Shown here: positions 22,521 through 36,170 of the stretch, one piece after another | Layout of the letters: each line of letters begins with the position of its first letter | Numbering within the stretch: the stretch's first letter is position 1 | Origin: Mobula hypostoma | Taxonomy: Eukaryota | Assembly: GCF_963921235.1 (NCBI RefSeq) | Contig: NC_086097.1 | Coordinates: 26,600,001-26,664,000 of the forward strand | DNA: 64,000 nucleotides | Direction: 5' to 3' | Position numbers and translations under genes: made by a program | The notes under the pieces: model-generated | What the model saw: only the letters and a program-made list of their open reading frames with translations | What the model was told of the DNA's origin: nothing | Databases searched by the model: none

Positions 22521-25189
22521 AGGAAGTAATACAAATGATTCCAAAGAACAAAGTGAAGGACCAAGGGTCAGTGGAAGCACACATAGGCAATGATCATCAG
22601 AGCTAAGCTTTTGACAAATAAGTCAAAACTTATCAGACAGAGGATGAACAATTTCAACAGGAAGAGAAGTAATCAGTCCAGAACAAGTATAACTGAATAT
22701 TGACAAATGATAAAATGGGTGACCTTCAGCTGAGAAGAGGGTTCATCAACCGTTAACATTCATTCTTTTCTCTTCCCATAAATGTTGTTTGACCAGTTAA
22801 GTATATCAAACATACCCTGATTTTATTTCAGATTTCCAGCCTCCACAATTTTTTTGCTTTTCCATTTTAGTTGCGGGCTAAATTCAGTTCCATAAGGTGA
22901 AAAACCAAGAGAACAAAAACAGAGCTTCCTGGATCAAAAAATGAGACAGAAGAAGGTGACAAGACAAAAATAAAACACTGCATGACGCATATCAGGTGAA
23001 TAATTCCAGCGAGAATACCAGGCTGTATATAGTACATCAATAAGGAAGGTGAAAAGGAAAATAGGCTGAAGAATGGAAGAACGTGAGACAAGAATCACAA
23101 TCAACAATTCAAGAATCTTCTACAGACATGTAAAGAGCAGGTGAGAAATAGGAGGTACAAAGAGCTCATCAATGAATAAAAGCTGTGAAATATATTATAG
23201 GACTTCATCAACAAAAATCATTAAGAGACTACTATATCTTATAGCAGTATTACGCTATTCAGCCCATCAAGTCTGCTTCACCATTCTATCGTGGTTGATT
23301 TATTTACACCCTCAACCCCATTCTCCTACCTTATTCCCATAATATTTGATGCCCTTACTAGTCAAGAACATATCAACCTCCACTTTAAATACACCCCGAG
23401 ACTTGGCCTCCACAGCCATCTGTAGCAATGAATTCTACAGATTCCCCACCTTCTGGCTAAAGAGTGGCTGGAATCTGGAGCACCATGATGACCATCACAA
23501 GTCAATTATTTAGATGAACATTTGAAAAGTCCTAACATAAGCTACCAGTCAAGAACTGGGAAATGGAATTAGCACACACACAGTCAGTCAAAGGGCCTAC
23601 TTACATGTTGTATGACTCAATGACAATGGCATAAAGGATAAAAAATGATATAGATTAAATGGCATGGTTCTAAAAAGTATGTAAGGAACAGGAAGTACTT
23701 GGGCATAGTATAGCTCCATATGTCTCTCAAAATGGCAGAACATGTTGAGAAAATGATTAGTAGAGCATACGGGTTCCTGGAACACACATGTGATAGGAGT
23801 GTTAAGATTAGCTTCTTTTTGTCTAACGTACAGCAAAACATACATCATAATATACATCGAAACATTAAAATGCACTGTTTTTGTTAATGAACATCACAAT
23901 GTAAGAATACCCTAGGGACAGCCCCCAGAAGTCACCATGCTTTTGGCACGAACATAGCATGCCCACAACTCACTAACCATAACTCTTGCATCTTTGGAAT
24001 ATGGGAGGGGACCCACAAGGTCACGGGGAGAACGTACAAACTCCTTACAGGCAGCAAGAATTGAACCTGGATTGATGATCACTGGTAACTGCTACACTAC
24101 CATGCTGCCCATGAAAGCAGGGAGGTATAGTATCGGTATAGCAGTTAACTTGGCTGACCAACAAGTGGTCTGTGGTAATGATCAGAAACACAAATTCAAA
24201 TCCTACCATTGCAGCAGTAGAAATTTTACTTAATTAGAAAACTGGAATTCAAAAAAAATAGTCTTTGCAACAATAACCATAAAAGAACCAGATTGTCCAC
24301 CTAGTTCACTAATGCCCTTTGGGAAGAAAATGACACTTCTACCAAGTTTGGGCAATACAGATCAAAGTTCAAAGTAAATTTATTATCAAAGCATGTATAT
24401 GTCACCGTACACTACATTGAGATTCATTTTCTTGCAGGTATACACAGTAGAATAAAGAAATACATTAGAATCAATGAAAAACTACACACGAAGACTGACA
24501 AACGACCAATGTGCAAAAGACAAACTGTGCAAATACTAAAAAATAAATACGAAGCAAATAAATAACACTCTGAATATGAGTTGTAGAGTCCTTGAACCTG
24601 CGTCCATAGACTGTGGAATCAGTTGAGTGCTGAAGTGAATGAAGTTCTCCATGCTGGTTCAGGAACCTGACCTAGTGACTCGTCAGACCTTTGGATTAGT
24701 AAGTAGTCAGTTGTACCAATATGTACAAACAGAGAAAGAATAAAACAAGTAGACCATTTGCTATTGAGTGAACACTAAATTCAAACAAAGCCAAGCCAAT
24801 CCTAGCCAAGTTGACCTTGCAAAGTCCTCCCCACAAATTTAGAGAACTATCCCACGGACTAATCAAGCTACAACCTGGGAAGAACCACACTCACAGAAGA
24901 ATCTCTCACATATAATGCGCGCTCCATAACAATGATATGGTAAGCTGAACTACTGGAGTGCCACGTGGGTGGCTATAAATACGGATATGTACTGACTATA
25001 ATGGAAACGTATGTAAAGGATGAAAAGTTATTGAATGGTTTATTGTATATATTTATTTTTGAATAAAGTATATTTTGAAATTTAAAAAAATAATCCTTAA
25101 GTACTTTCTGTCCGATCGGGAAGCTAGACCCATCACAAGTGATACAATGGAGTACTGGCTCGTGTGATTAGTCCTGGAATTCTTTCACA

Positions 25190-26230
25190 TCCACATTCTT
25201 CTGTGTGAACACCACTTGGAAGAAGCATCAAAAGTAGCACTGTAGTCTGGGTGAGTGACTTCAATGTCAACTGCTAGGAGTAGCTTGGTAGTGTTATCAC
25301 TGACTGAATTGGCCAAGACCTGAAGAACATTGCCTCCAGAGTGGGCATGTGATAAAGTAAAGCAACACAACGAGAGACCGACCTAACACTGTCCCTACAA
25401 ATCCCCCCAAACAATGCACCAGTCCACAAAAGCATTGGTAGGAGTGGAGTCATTCCAATAGTCCCTGTGAGTCAGAATTCCATCCTCAACCTGAGGACAT
25501 CCTCCATTCTCATAATCAGAATCAAATTCATTGTCACTGGCATATATTATGACATCTGTTATTCTGCAACACATGAAAATTTATTATAAGTTTATTATAC
25601 AAATAGATAGAGCAAGAAGAAAGCAAAATAGTGAGGCAGTGTTCATGGACAGTTCAGAAATCTGACGGTAGAGGGGAAGAAGCTGTTCATAAAATGTTGA
25701 CTGTGTGTCTTCAAGTTTATGTACCTCTTCCTGATGGCAGTAATCAGAAGAGGGCATGCCCTGGATGGAGGGTCTCCTTAATGATGGATGCTATCTTCCT
25801 TAGCAATTGCCATTTCAAAGGCTGGGGAGGGTTGTGCCTCAGACTATTACTTAATGGTGCAATATATTCATCATTCTACAGTTCGAACAATCCAGGGGGT
25901 CGACATGGGTTTCAAAGAGAAGTGTGGAAGAGCTTACCAGGAGCAGCATTAGGCCAGGTGTCAGCCTAGTGAAGCTGCAACACAGTATTACACACATAGC
26001 AATAGACAAGCTAATCACAAAATCTGCAGTTCAAGCACATCTAATCATGAACAGTGGTAGACAATTAGAGATAGTCCAAGAAGGTGCCCACACTGAACTC
26101 AGGGAAGGGAGAATATATGAATGTTAATGACAGGGCTCAAAATGTCAGATGGATGAATCATCTCAGCATCTTTCTGCAATCCCCACCATCACAGAAATAA
26201 ATCTTCAACAAATCCAGTTCACGCACTCAA
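25190..26230 (+). mobile_element. Ancient LINE endonuclease-region remnant, interrupted by a Rex1/Babar fragment (~25515-25830, minus)
   Basis: EHHLEEA..WVSDFNV..LGS.ITD remnants; Rex-type HPGHALF.LLPSG motif on minus. Confidence 0.6.
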
Positions 26231-26882
26231 CATGCATCAGATTCAGATTAATTTATTTATCACACCTACCTCAAAACATACAGTGAAATGTGGCTTTTGT
26301 GTTAACAACCAACACAACCTAAAGATGAAATGGAAACATCTCTCAAGTGTCACCACACATTCCGGTACCAACATAGCATGGCCATAATGTTCAGCAGAAC
26401 ACTACTGGTGACAACAAGAATAGCAACACAACATAAAACAACAATACAACAGCAAAACAAGCTCTTTTCCCTAGATAAAACACCTAGATAACATTCAGGA
26501 CTGGATGAAAAGTAATAATCATGCTACTAAAGTGCAAAATAATGACCATCTTCCACAAGGGAGTATCCTGCAACCTATGGCTGACTTTCAAAGATTAAAG
26601 ATTAGAATAGCTTTATTTCTCACATTTAAATCAAAACATACAATGACATGTGTTATTTAAGTCAATGACCCAACACAGTCCGATGATGTGTTGGGGTCAG
26701 CCCGCCAAGTCTTGCCATGCATCCACTGCCAAAACAGCATGCCCTCAATTCACTAACCATTACTAACCCATATGTCTTTGGAATGCAGAGGAAACCAGAG
26801 TACCTGGAGGAAACCCATGCAGTCACAGGGAAAATGTACAAACTTCTTGCAGACCATAGCAATAACTGAACCCTGATCACTG

Positions 26883-27715
26883 GAAAAAGCAAGGAGAATG
26901 GGAAAGAAATTACCAGAAGTTTGAGAAATCGATGTTCATGCAATCAGGTTGGAGACTACCCAGATGAAATACGAGGTTTTATTCCTCCAACCAGAGTGTG
27001 GCCTTATCGTGGCAGCAGAGGAGACCATGGACCGACATGATGGAATAGAAATGGCGGGAGGAGAGAGAGCAGCGTGCCGTGTGTGCGCAGCCCTCCAGTG
27101 AAAAATGATATCATATCCATTAAATAGGGGCCGTGGACAATTCTGATTTGATGGAGACGGACGTGAAAGCACAGAGGAACATCTGGAGAAATTTCTGAAA
27201 CGCCAGTTCGCTGCTGTTGTTACTGCACGGTCGGGAATCTTCCGGATGGAAGGCCTCAAAATCCCCGGCTTTGCCTGCTGTTGGTGACCGAGATTGGGGT
27301 CGAATCATTCGGACAGAGATGGCACTCAGTACTCGGTGTCGGAGAGCTGATCGGAGGCTCGAAGTTTTGGGATGTACTCAGTGTTGGACTGTGGTCAGGT
27401 ATGGCAGGGAGAGTTTTTCTTCCTTCTCCCGTCTGCGTGAGATGTGGGACATTTGAGAGACTTTGAACTTTTTACTGTGCTCATGGACTTCTTCATCAAA
27501 TTATGCTATTGTTGCACTGCTATAACTATATAATTATGTGGTTTCGTTAGTTCTTTCAGTCTTGGTCTGTCCTGTGTTTTGTGATATCACACCAGAGGTA
27601 ATATTGTATCATTTCTTAATGCATGCATTACTAACTAACAATAAAAGAGGATTGCGTGTCTTCATAATCTTAAAAAAAAGTCGAACTGAAATGGGTGGCC
27701 ACCAGGAAGATTGCA
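26883..27715 (-). mobile_element. Penelope-like GIY-YIG fragment interrupted by a 629-nt element
   Basis: Minus-strand VATHFSS / MSVHGLL..HDKATL.LEE..LVFHLGSLQPD.MNIDFSNF remnants on both sides of 27051-27679. Confidence 0.75.
27051..27679 (+). mobile_element. Non-coding retroelement, CpG-retaining, A-tailed
   Basis: Starts atggcggga and ends aataaaagaggattgcgtgtcttcataatct plus an A-run; cleanly splits the Penelope fragment. Confidence 0.7.
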
Positions 27716-28489
27716 GGATTATGAAGTACAATTCAAAAATAATTACACTAACCTCATTTTTACTTTATACATGGGAAGATAGGAATGTGATTAAATATTC
27801 AGAAAGGAAAGACACTTTCAATGCTGAGACAGTTGATGGCCAACAAGGTAGGCAGATAGGTAATTTGCAACATGATGTATGGAACAGAAATTCTCAATAC
27901 CAATGCACCTTCAGCACTTGGACCAGTCATGGGAGAGAGCTTCAAGAACATCTTTGAAACTTTTATTCTTCAGTTATGAACAGTTGGTCTGTTCCAAGAA
28001 CCTAGTGTCAAGTATGCAAAACTACATAGTATGTCCAACAGCATGGATTGAATGTAGTTAAGACATCAATGTTAAAGAATATTGCTAGAGGTGGTGGTAG
28101 AGGCATTGAAGAAACACTTAGATAGGCACACAGATGATACAAAAACAGAGAGCTATGTAGGAGAGAAGGTTAAATTGATCTTTGAATAGGTTAAAGGTTT
28201 GCAACAACATCATGGGCCAAAGGACTTTGCTCTATGAATGTCATCTTGGGAGAGGATAATGATGTTAATTCACTTATCTTTCCATTGGGTTTGAATGATT
28301 TTGTTGTGATGAAGCCAATGAGCATAAAACATCTCACAAATGCCCATGGGGTGACAAGCAGATAACAAGTATAAGGAACTGTCGATTGATGGAACATTTT
28401 CAGCCAGGTTAACTGGGAATAGATCCCAAGTTTAACTTCAAAATAGCACCATGATGATATTTGAGAATGTCTAACACCGTACATGTAAG

Positions 28490-29095
28490 GTTGCAAGGAT
28501 GTAATGCTGATTCTTTATAAAGACACTAATCAGACCACACATGGAATATTGTGAGCAGCTTTGGGCCTCTTCTAAGAAAGCTAGCATTAGAGAGGGTCCA
28601 GAGGAGGTTCCTGAGAATGCCCCCAGGAATAAAAGGATTAACATATGAGGAGCATTTGAAGGCTCTGGGCCTGTAGTCACGAGAGTTTAGAAGAATGAGG
28701 AAGGACCTCATTGAAAGTTACTGAATACTGAAAGGCCTGGATAGAGTGGCCGTGGAAAGGGTGCTTCCTATAGTAGGGGTGTCTAGGACCAGAGCTTACA
28801 ATTTCAGAATACAAGGACACCCTTTTAGAACAGAGTTGAAGAGGAATTTCTTTAGCCAAATGGTGGTGAATCTGTGGAATTCATTGTCACAGACAGCTAT
28901 TGAGGCCAGGTCACTGGGTACAGTATATTTAAAACAGAAGTTGACAGCTTCTTGGTAAGGGTGACAAAGGCCATGGGGAGAAGACAGGAAAATAGATTTG
29001 AGAGGGATAATAAATCAGCCATGATGGATTGGTGGAGCACACTCAATGGGTCAAATGGCCTAATTTTGCCCCTACTTCTTATGGTCTTGTGGCTT
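28490..29095 (+). mobile_element. CR1 3' fragment
   Basis: LIRPHMEYC..YEEHLKALGL..FFSQMVVNLWNSL remnants plus CR1 3' UTR. Confidence 0.85.
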
Positions 29096-30708
29096 AGATC
29101 GGATCTCAGTTCAACATATCTGACATTGCAATGTACCGTAGCTATTGTATTGATCTGTCAAATCTCTGGAGGAACTTTCAGGCACAATCTGCTGACTCTA
29201 AAGCAAGAAAGTGACAGCTGACACAAGGATCAAGAAATATCATTTGGATCTGGTATCATAAAATATAAAACAATTTGTTTTATAAAGGCATGAAGTTAAT
29301 TATACTTATCTACTGTGAAAAGTAATCACTCTACAATGTCATTTGATACATGCTTTCCCTAGGTGAATGATAAGAATTTAAGACGTGTGTAAATACCCAT
29401 CTGACATAAATACTTTTCTGATCCATGTTTGAATGTTAGCCAGCATTCCTGATATTGTTCTTTGATCAAGTAACACTTGCCAGCTAAGTGACATGATCTG
29501 GAGGAATATTTAAAACCAAACACATCAGTCTAACCAAGCAATTAAAATGGTGTGGAAACAATAGATTCAGATTCAAATCAGACCTGATTCAGATTCAGAT
29601 AGAGCAAAAAAAAAGTAGATAAAAATATGCTTTAAATACAAACGTAGTAGGAAATGAAAATATATGATGGACCAAACAATAGTTCAACATATTTGTACTC
29701 TAATTTTACAACAGATTTACTGCAAATGACCACACACTCAAAATTAGGTACTAAAGTGAATGACATAATACAAGCCAATGACCACTTCAAAATAAAAATC
29801 AAAAATTTAAGCATTGCAAGGTGAATTATGAAACTTCACTGTCCTTCCAGTCACTCAAGAACATCTCACATTTACAATCCATCATTTTAAGTTTTATATT
29901 TTTCTTTTCTTCTTCTAAGTTTACCATACAATGAAAGTTAGTAGTACACTGCCCTTTGCTGAGACTCAACAATTAAAGATTAGCGATCTAATTAGAGATT
30001 ACCTGTCCTCCAGTTATTTTATTGAAATGTTTATTGTCACTTGATTGACTGAAGCAAAGTTGCAATTTGAGATAACACACTGAGTAAGCAATACCATGGG
30101 TATAAAGATGAGTCCTTAAGCTCTGCACCATTTCATACCACCCAGGACACGCTCCCTTCTCATTGCTACCATCAGGGAGGAAGTACAGAGCCTGAAGACC
30201 ACAGTCAACAGCTTCTTTTCCTACACCATCAGATTTCTGAACAGACATTGAAACCAGGAACACCATATCACTATTTTTGCTCCCTTTTTACACTACTTAA
30301 TTATTATATTTTGTAATTTATAGTATTTTTATGTATGGTATTTTACTGTTAACACAAAACAATAAATTTCACAGCATATGTCAGTAATGTTAAACCTGAT
30401 TCTGATTCATATAAACATAGTTCTTGCTTTCAAGTAAGTATGTTTACAAACCATGAAATAAGAAGGAAGGCTAGTTTAAACCCATTGATATTCTTAACAC
30501 TGCTTAATTAACTGTAAAGCACATTCATAAAAGTGTCACTTTTTGAAAAAGAACGTCCTGAATAGCTGAGGCCTATGATGAGGCATAAACTGCATACATA
30601 AACCACAAAGCATTTCTCAAGCAATTATTTCAACATATGGCTGCTGTGTGGACAACTGACTGAAGCAGTTTAGAACTGGAGGGTGCACTTAAATGCTTTC
30701 CCACTCAC

Positions 30709-30876
30709 ATAAAACAATGTGCAAACTACTATGCCCAAAACTTCTTCCACTGTTGCTCCACCACAGGTTATACTATCATTTTTCAGATATAAAAGCTCAT
30801 ACAGAAAAGGACATCTGATACCAGAGTTCAACGTACTTTCAGTTTGAAGATACTGAAATATTTGCAAGTTCAATAC
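30709..30876 (-). CDS. Weak candidate internal exon (56 codons, phase 0-0)
   Basis: ttttttaaatag|GTA...TAT|gtgagt; open frame VLNLQIFQYLQTESTLNSGIRCPFLYELLYLKNDSITCGGATVEEVLGIVVCTLFY; no recognisable homology. Confidence 0.2.
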
Positions 30877-31549
30877 CTATTTAAAAAACGGCATCACTTT
30901 CTTCAGTTTCCCTGAGCTCCAGGGTCAGATGTGCAGATCAAAGCTCATGACAGGCATTAAACAGTTGTAAATAAACAATTTTTTTTTCTTTTAAAAACCT
31001 TTGAGAACAGAGGCAACTGCATACAGTCGGCAAATCATCGAATCCTTTTCACTTCCTTCAGTATAAGAAAACAAGTGACTGACACATTTCCTGTCAACGG
31101 ACCTTCCCTCAGATAAAGCACAGTTCCCTCGAACAGGAAATCCTTGAACATACACATGCTGTTGTAAGACTTATTTGTGCCTTTTTTCACATCAAGGTTA
31201 AAAGATTTTCCAAAAAAAAAATTTCCAAAAATCCTTGCTAAGTTAGACAACTATTTTTATGGCGGTAATTTTAAAATAAGGAATTATTTTATTTTAAATT
31301 TGTACAATTTGTCTTCTCTTCATTTGTTGTTTGGCAGTTTTTTTTCATAAATTCGATTGTATTTTTTAAATTTTGCTGTGATTACCTGCAAGAAAATGAA
31401 TCTCAGGGTAGTATATGGTTACAATAAATTTGATAATAAATTTACATTGACTTCGACTTAAATTTAATTTGAATGCATGCTGCCTTTTTGCAGCCCACCA
31501 TTCAACTAATTACACAGTAATGAAAAAAAAGCTAGGACATCAGTCTTAC

Positions 31550-31639
31550 TCTCTCATGAAAGAACCTTAATCTGCAGGTTTCAGACAAGAAGGCAAAATC
31601 AACTAATGTTTTTGGGTCGACGGGCTGCAGTGCACTCAT
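31550..31639 (-). CDS. Candidate first coding exon of the unidentified minus-strand gene (exon 31653-31550)
   Basis: Pyrimidine tract ctttctgtgcctgtcttctctgtgctttgcgcctaacag|, ATG 14 nt into the exon, 30 open codons MSALQPVDPKTLVDFAFLSETCRLRFFHER, phase-0 donor AGA|gtaagac; repeat-free surroundings. Confidence 0.4.
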
Positions 31640-32602
31640 GCAGAGAAGACAAACTGTTAGGCGCAAAGCACAGAGAAGACAGGCACAGAAAGGGCATTGC
31701 CTAGAATTATGACGCTTACAGCAAGTTTTACATTTAAATCAATTTATTTTCTACAGCGTTGCTGCTAACTTATCACTGGGAGCAAACAAAGTAATTTTTT
31801 CTCTTTTACTAAATTTAACAAGACAACAGTCTCCTTAAGGAGAATAAAAAAACCTTGCCGACTATGAAGTTATGCTACCGTGTCAGCAATTGAATATATG
31901 ACCTTCATTTGACAGGCACATACTCGGGTTTCAACAGATGACATGAGAAAGCAAGCAAAGCCTAGGGCTTTATGCATCTGACCAGAAATACAGATATCCT
32001 TTTTAAGAAGGTGGGTGTCTTATCTTAATCTCTATGGCAACGGTGCCTCTGTCTAGTTATTGGACACCCTGAACTTCCTGTGCCAGCATAAATGAGCGAA
32101 TCTGAATACGTCTTTTCTAACCACACTAGTCTCTTGACAAAAGTATCCATCCACAAGAGGGCACGGTTTAAACTCCAGTAATGAAACAAACTACATTTAG
32201 AGATCAGACTATCAATCTTTGCATAGAATTCAATACAATCCAGACATAATGTTCTGTTTCATGGACTCAAATGGATCACAGAGTAGGAGGAAATGGTTAT
32301 TAAGTCAAAAGTGCCAGTAAGTACTCCTAACAGTGTTTCTGCATTCCATGCTATTGCAGATGGCAAGGAACAGCATGTGGATTTCAATGTTTCTAATAGA
32401 GGGCTTTGTCACAAAGGGGGGAGAAGAGTTGGAGCAGCTGAGCATCATGTCTCAATTACATCCCATGCAAGCAGTGCACATCACAACTGTCCAAGATATG
32501 GGGCACAGATCGAGGGGACAGCCAGAGACTTTTTCCCAGGGCGGAAACGGGAGGCACAATTTTAAAGTGACTGGAAGAAAGTATGAGGGCAATGTCAGAA
32601 AT

Positions 32603-32604
<2 letters not shown>

Positions 32605-32639
<35 letters not shown>

Positions 32640-32654
32640 CACGCGCGCACATGT
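32605..32654. repeat. (GT)14 microsatellite plus GC/AC alternating tract
   Basis: About 50 bp of alternating purine-pyrimidine sequence inside a CR1 fragment. Confidence 0.95.
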
Positions 32655-32684
32655 TTTTTTTACACATGGAACACCCTGCCAGGG

Positions 32685-33052
32685 ATTGAATTAATTTTAT
32701 TACCTACATCCTTCATATACATGAGGAGTAAAAATCTTTTCGCTACATCTCCATCTAATTGCGCAATTTATAGCAATTTATAATAAATACTATGTACAAC
32801 AGGATAGTCAATAAAACATAGAAATACAGTTGTATCAGCGTGAGTTAAGCAGTCTGATGGCCTGGTGGAAAAAGCTATCCCGGAGCCTGTTGGTCCTGGC
32901 TTTTATGCTGCGGTACCGTTTCCTGGATGGTAGCAGCTGGAACAGTTGTGGTTGGGTTGACTCGAGTCCCCAATGATCCTTTGGGCCCTTCTTACACACT
33001 TGTCTTTGTAAATGTCCTGAATAGTGGGAAGTTCACATCTACAGATGCACTG
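32685..33052 (-). mobile_element. Rex1/Babar LINE 3' fragment
   Basis: Minus-strand LFQLLPSRKRYRSIKARTNRLRDSFFHQAIRLLN. Confidence 0.85.
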
Positions 33053-34149
33053 GGGTGCAAGAGAAGGTCTGTTGCTAGAGCTTTTCTCTTAGCAACAAAG
33101 GAGACTGAGAAGTGACTTGATAACGGTGTACAAGATAATAAGAGGCATAGACAGAGTGGCAGACAGAGACCTTTTCCCCTGGATGGAAATGACAAATATG
33201 ACAGGGCATAATTTTAAGGTAATTGGAGGAAAGTATAGGGAGAATGTCAGAATAAGTTTTTTTTCCCCCCCACACACTGTGTGGAACACTTGCCAGGGAT
33301 GGTGTTAGATGCAGATATAGTAGGGGCACGTAAGAAACTCTCAGATAGGCAAATTGATATAAGAAAAATGGAGGGCTATGTAAGATGAAAGGGTCAGACT
33401 GATCTTGGAATTGGTTAAAAAGCTGACACAACCATTGCGGGCCAAAGGGCCTATACCGTGCTGTAATGTTCTATGTTCTGACTAAAGGCCACAATCAAGT
33501 ACAAACAGGAACTTGAGAGCAAACTTCTTCACTCAGAGGGAGGTGAAAGTGTGGAACAAGTTGCCAGCAGGTGTTTGACTGCAACACTTAAGAGAAGTTT
33601 GGAAAAATACATAGCTGGGACAGGTATGGAGGTTGGGCTACAGTCCAGGTGCAGGTCAATGGGACGAGGCAGAAGAGCAGGGTATACAAATGAATGGTGT
33701 GACTAAACTCACCAACATGGCAAATATTTCAAAATCTTTTCAAGATTTACCGAAAATTCTCCAAGCTGTCATGCATTATTTTATTTTTAAATACATCAAT
33801 TCTTAAAGTAGCCCATGGAGAAAATAAATACTCATATATTGTGGAATTCTTTCACAATCAATGCCAGTGTGACAACAGAATACATTTTATTTTAACCACC
33901 ATCTCTCCTAGACATCAAATGTTTAGTTTTAATTAATTTATTTAATTCGTTCCACTTATCCAATCCAAAAATTGCAAGCACGTGAAATTATTGAATATTA
34001 GCCAGAAGCTTTTCTAATCCATTAAATGAGAAAAGATGGAGCTAGTTAGTAACTACTAGATCCTAATTATTAATATAGTAGAGACCACATCAGAAGCACC
34101 GGATATACTATATGACCACAAAGATTTGCAGGAGAAGTGTTGCCACAAC

Positions 34150-34710
34150 TGGAAGGACTCTTTGTGCCAACAATGGAGCTGGCTAAGTTTACAAATTTCT
34201 GTAGCTTTTTCCAATCCAGTGCAGTAGCCTCTCCATACTAGATGATGATGCAACCAGTTAGAATACTCTCCATGGTATGTACATATGAAGAAATCTGCAA
34301 GAGTTTTTGGTGTCACACCAAGTCTCCTCAAACTCCAAATGAAATATAGCCACTGCTGTGCCTTCTTTGGGATTGCATCAATATCTTGGGTTCAGAGATA
34401 CCCAGGAACTTGAAACTGTTCACCTTTTCCACTACCGATCTCTCGATGAGGACTGGTGTGTGGTCCCTAAACTTCCCCTTCCTGAAGTCCACAATCAATT
34501 CCTTGGTCTTACTGATGTTGTGTACAAGGTTGTTATTGTGACAATACTCAACCAGCTGATCTAAGTCACTCCTGAATACATCCGCATTGCTATCTGAAAT
34601 TCTGCCGACAGTAGTTGTGTCATTGACAGATTTATATACATGGTGTTTGAGCTGTGCCTAGCCATACAGTCGTGGGTGTGGAGGGAGTGGAGCAGTGGGC
34701 TAAGCGTGCA
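34150..34710 (-). mobile_element. Rex1/Babar LINE RT fragment
   Basis: HDCMARHS, KTKELIVDFRK, FKFLG.SE and LRRLGVTPKTLADFF remnants. Confidence 0.8.
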
Positions 34711-35870
34711 TGTTTTTCATACATTATTTACTTTCATTAAACTAACAACACATAGACTTGCAGTTAATCTAATTTCCAGGCTGTGGCACCTTGCCTTGTT
34801 ACAGTCTGACTACTGTATTTACTTACACAACACGGTGTACTTCATAAGTAATTCACTGGCAGTGGAGCACTTCCGAGATAATCTGAAGACCTGAAAGTCA
34901 TCCTGCAAATTACTTCTTGAAGATGTCTTTGGGTTACTTTAAAGACCTCATAATGTAAAGTATAATTACAAACCGGAGAGAAATTGAATATTTTTAATCA
35001 CTTCCCCCTTTGATAATTAAGATGATTGTTCCATCCACTTAGATCATTAAGACCAGGCCATTCAGTCGCAGATCCAATTGTGCCACTTAACAGCAACCTT
35101 GCCCAGGTTTCCGGTGAATTTCCATTTCCTTAGATTTCCTTAGTGTCCACAAATCTATCAGTCTCAACCTTGAACAGAAGCCAAGCCTGAGCATCTACGG
35201 CCCTCTGAAAACTTTCAAGACTTGCAACACTAAGTGAAGAAATCTCTTACCTCAGTCATAATTGCTCAGACCTTGAGACTGTGCCTCCTGATTCCAAACA
35301 TCCCATCCAGGTGAAACAACCTCTCAGCACTGTCTTTTCAGAACCTTAGACGCAATGCTCCCCACACTTCTGAACTCCAATATATTTAGATAAGCTGCTT
35401 AACTTTCTTCACTAGAACATTTTGACATCCAGGATCAATCCCTCTTACTAACATGGCCCCAGAAACTTAGAAGTCATTTAACAGTCATCATTATAAGATT
35501 TACTCATTCATTGCACTGATCACAGCACTAAATTTGTTTTTTCTAAAATAGCAGTTGAGGATTTTTTAAAATATTTATAAATCAGACAAAATTACCAAGA
35601 TTCAATGTCATTTGTGAATTGAATATTAACCTTGATACAGTATAACATCAATAATGTATAGATTTTAAGAACAGCCATTAGAAAATCTACTGCAACATGC
35701 AAGTTACCTTCTGAAGGGTAACAAGAAAAGATGTTTATAGACATAGAACATTACAGCACAGTACAGGCCCTTAGGCCAATTATGTTGTGCCAACCTTTAA
35801 ATCTACTCTGCGATCAATCTAACCCTTCTCTCTTACATGGCCCCCATTTTTCTAGCATCCATATACCTAT

Positions 35871-36170
35871 TTGTGTGGCGCGTGGCCAAGTGGTTAGGGC
35901 GTTGGGCTCACAATCTGAAGGTCATGGGTTCGAGTCTCGGCCAAGGCAGCGCGTTGTGTCTTTCAGCAAGGCACTTAACCACACACTGCTCCAGTCCACC
36001 CAGCTGAAAATGGGTACCAGCAAATGCTGGGGGTTAACCTCGCAATAGACTGGCGTCCTATCGGCGGGGGGGGGGGGGCAGTCTTGTACTCTCAGTTGCT
36101 TCACGTCACAGAAAGCGGCATAAGCACCGGCCTGATGGGCCACAAGGCTCGGGACAGACTTTAACTTTAA
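35871..36170 (+). mobile_element. tRNA-head CORE-SINE, tail type B, inserted in a CR1 fragment
   Basis: 10-bp TSD atatacctat (35861-35870, 36171-36180); A-box tggccaagtggtta, B-box ggttcgagtct; CORE-like segment; tail ccggcctgatgggccacaaggctcgggacagactttaactttaa. Confidence 0.9.

Noticed and set aside
22230..23200. Purine-rich, apparently unique sequence that might hide exons
   Set aside because: Contains DFNY.KIN, QENLLDQ and FYRHVKS remnants of an ancient CR1 ORF2.
24940..25090. AATAAA plus A-run suggesting a gene 3' end
   Set aside because: The genomic A-tail after aataaagtatattttgaaa fits a retroposed LINE (Tx1/L1-like) 3' fragment, and no upstream exons were found.
35877..35945. tRNA-like sequence (also the heads at ~17540 and ~6050)
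   Set aside because: A and B boxes are present but run directly into SINE bodies with tails or TSDs, so these are not tRNA genes.
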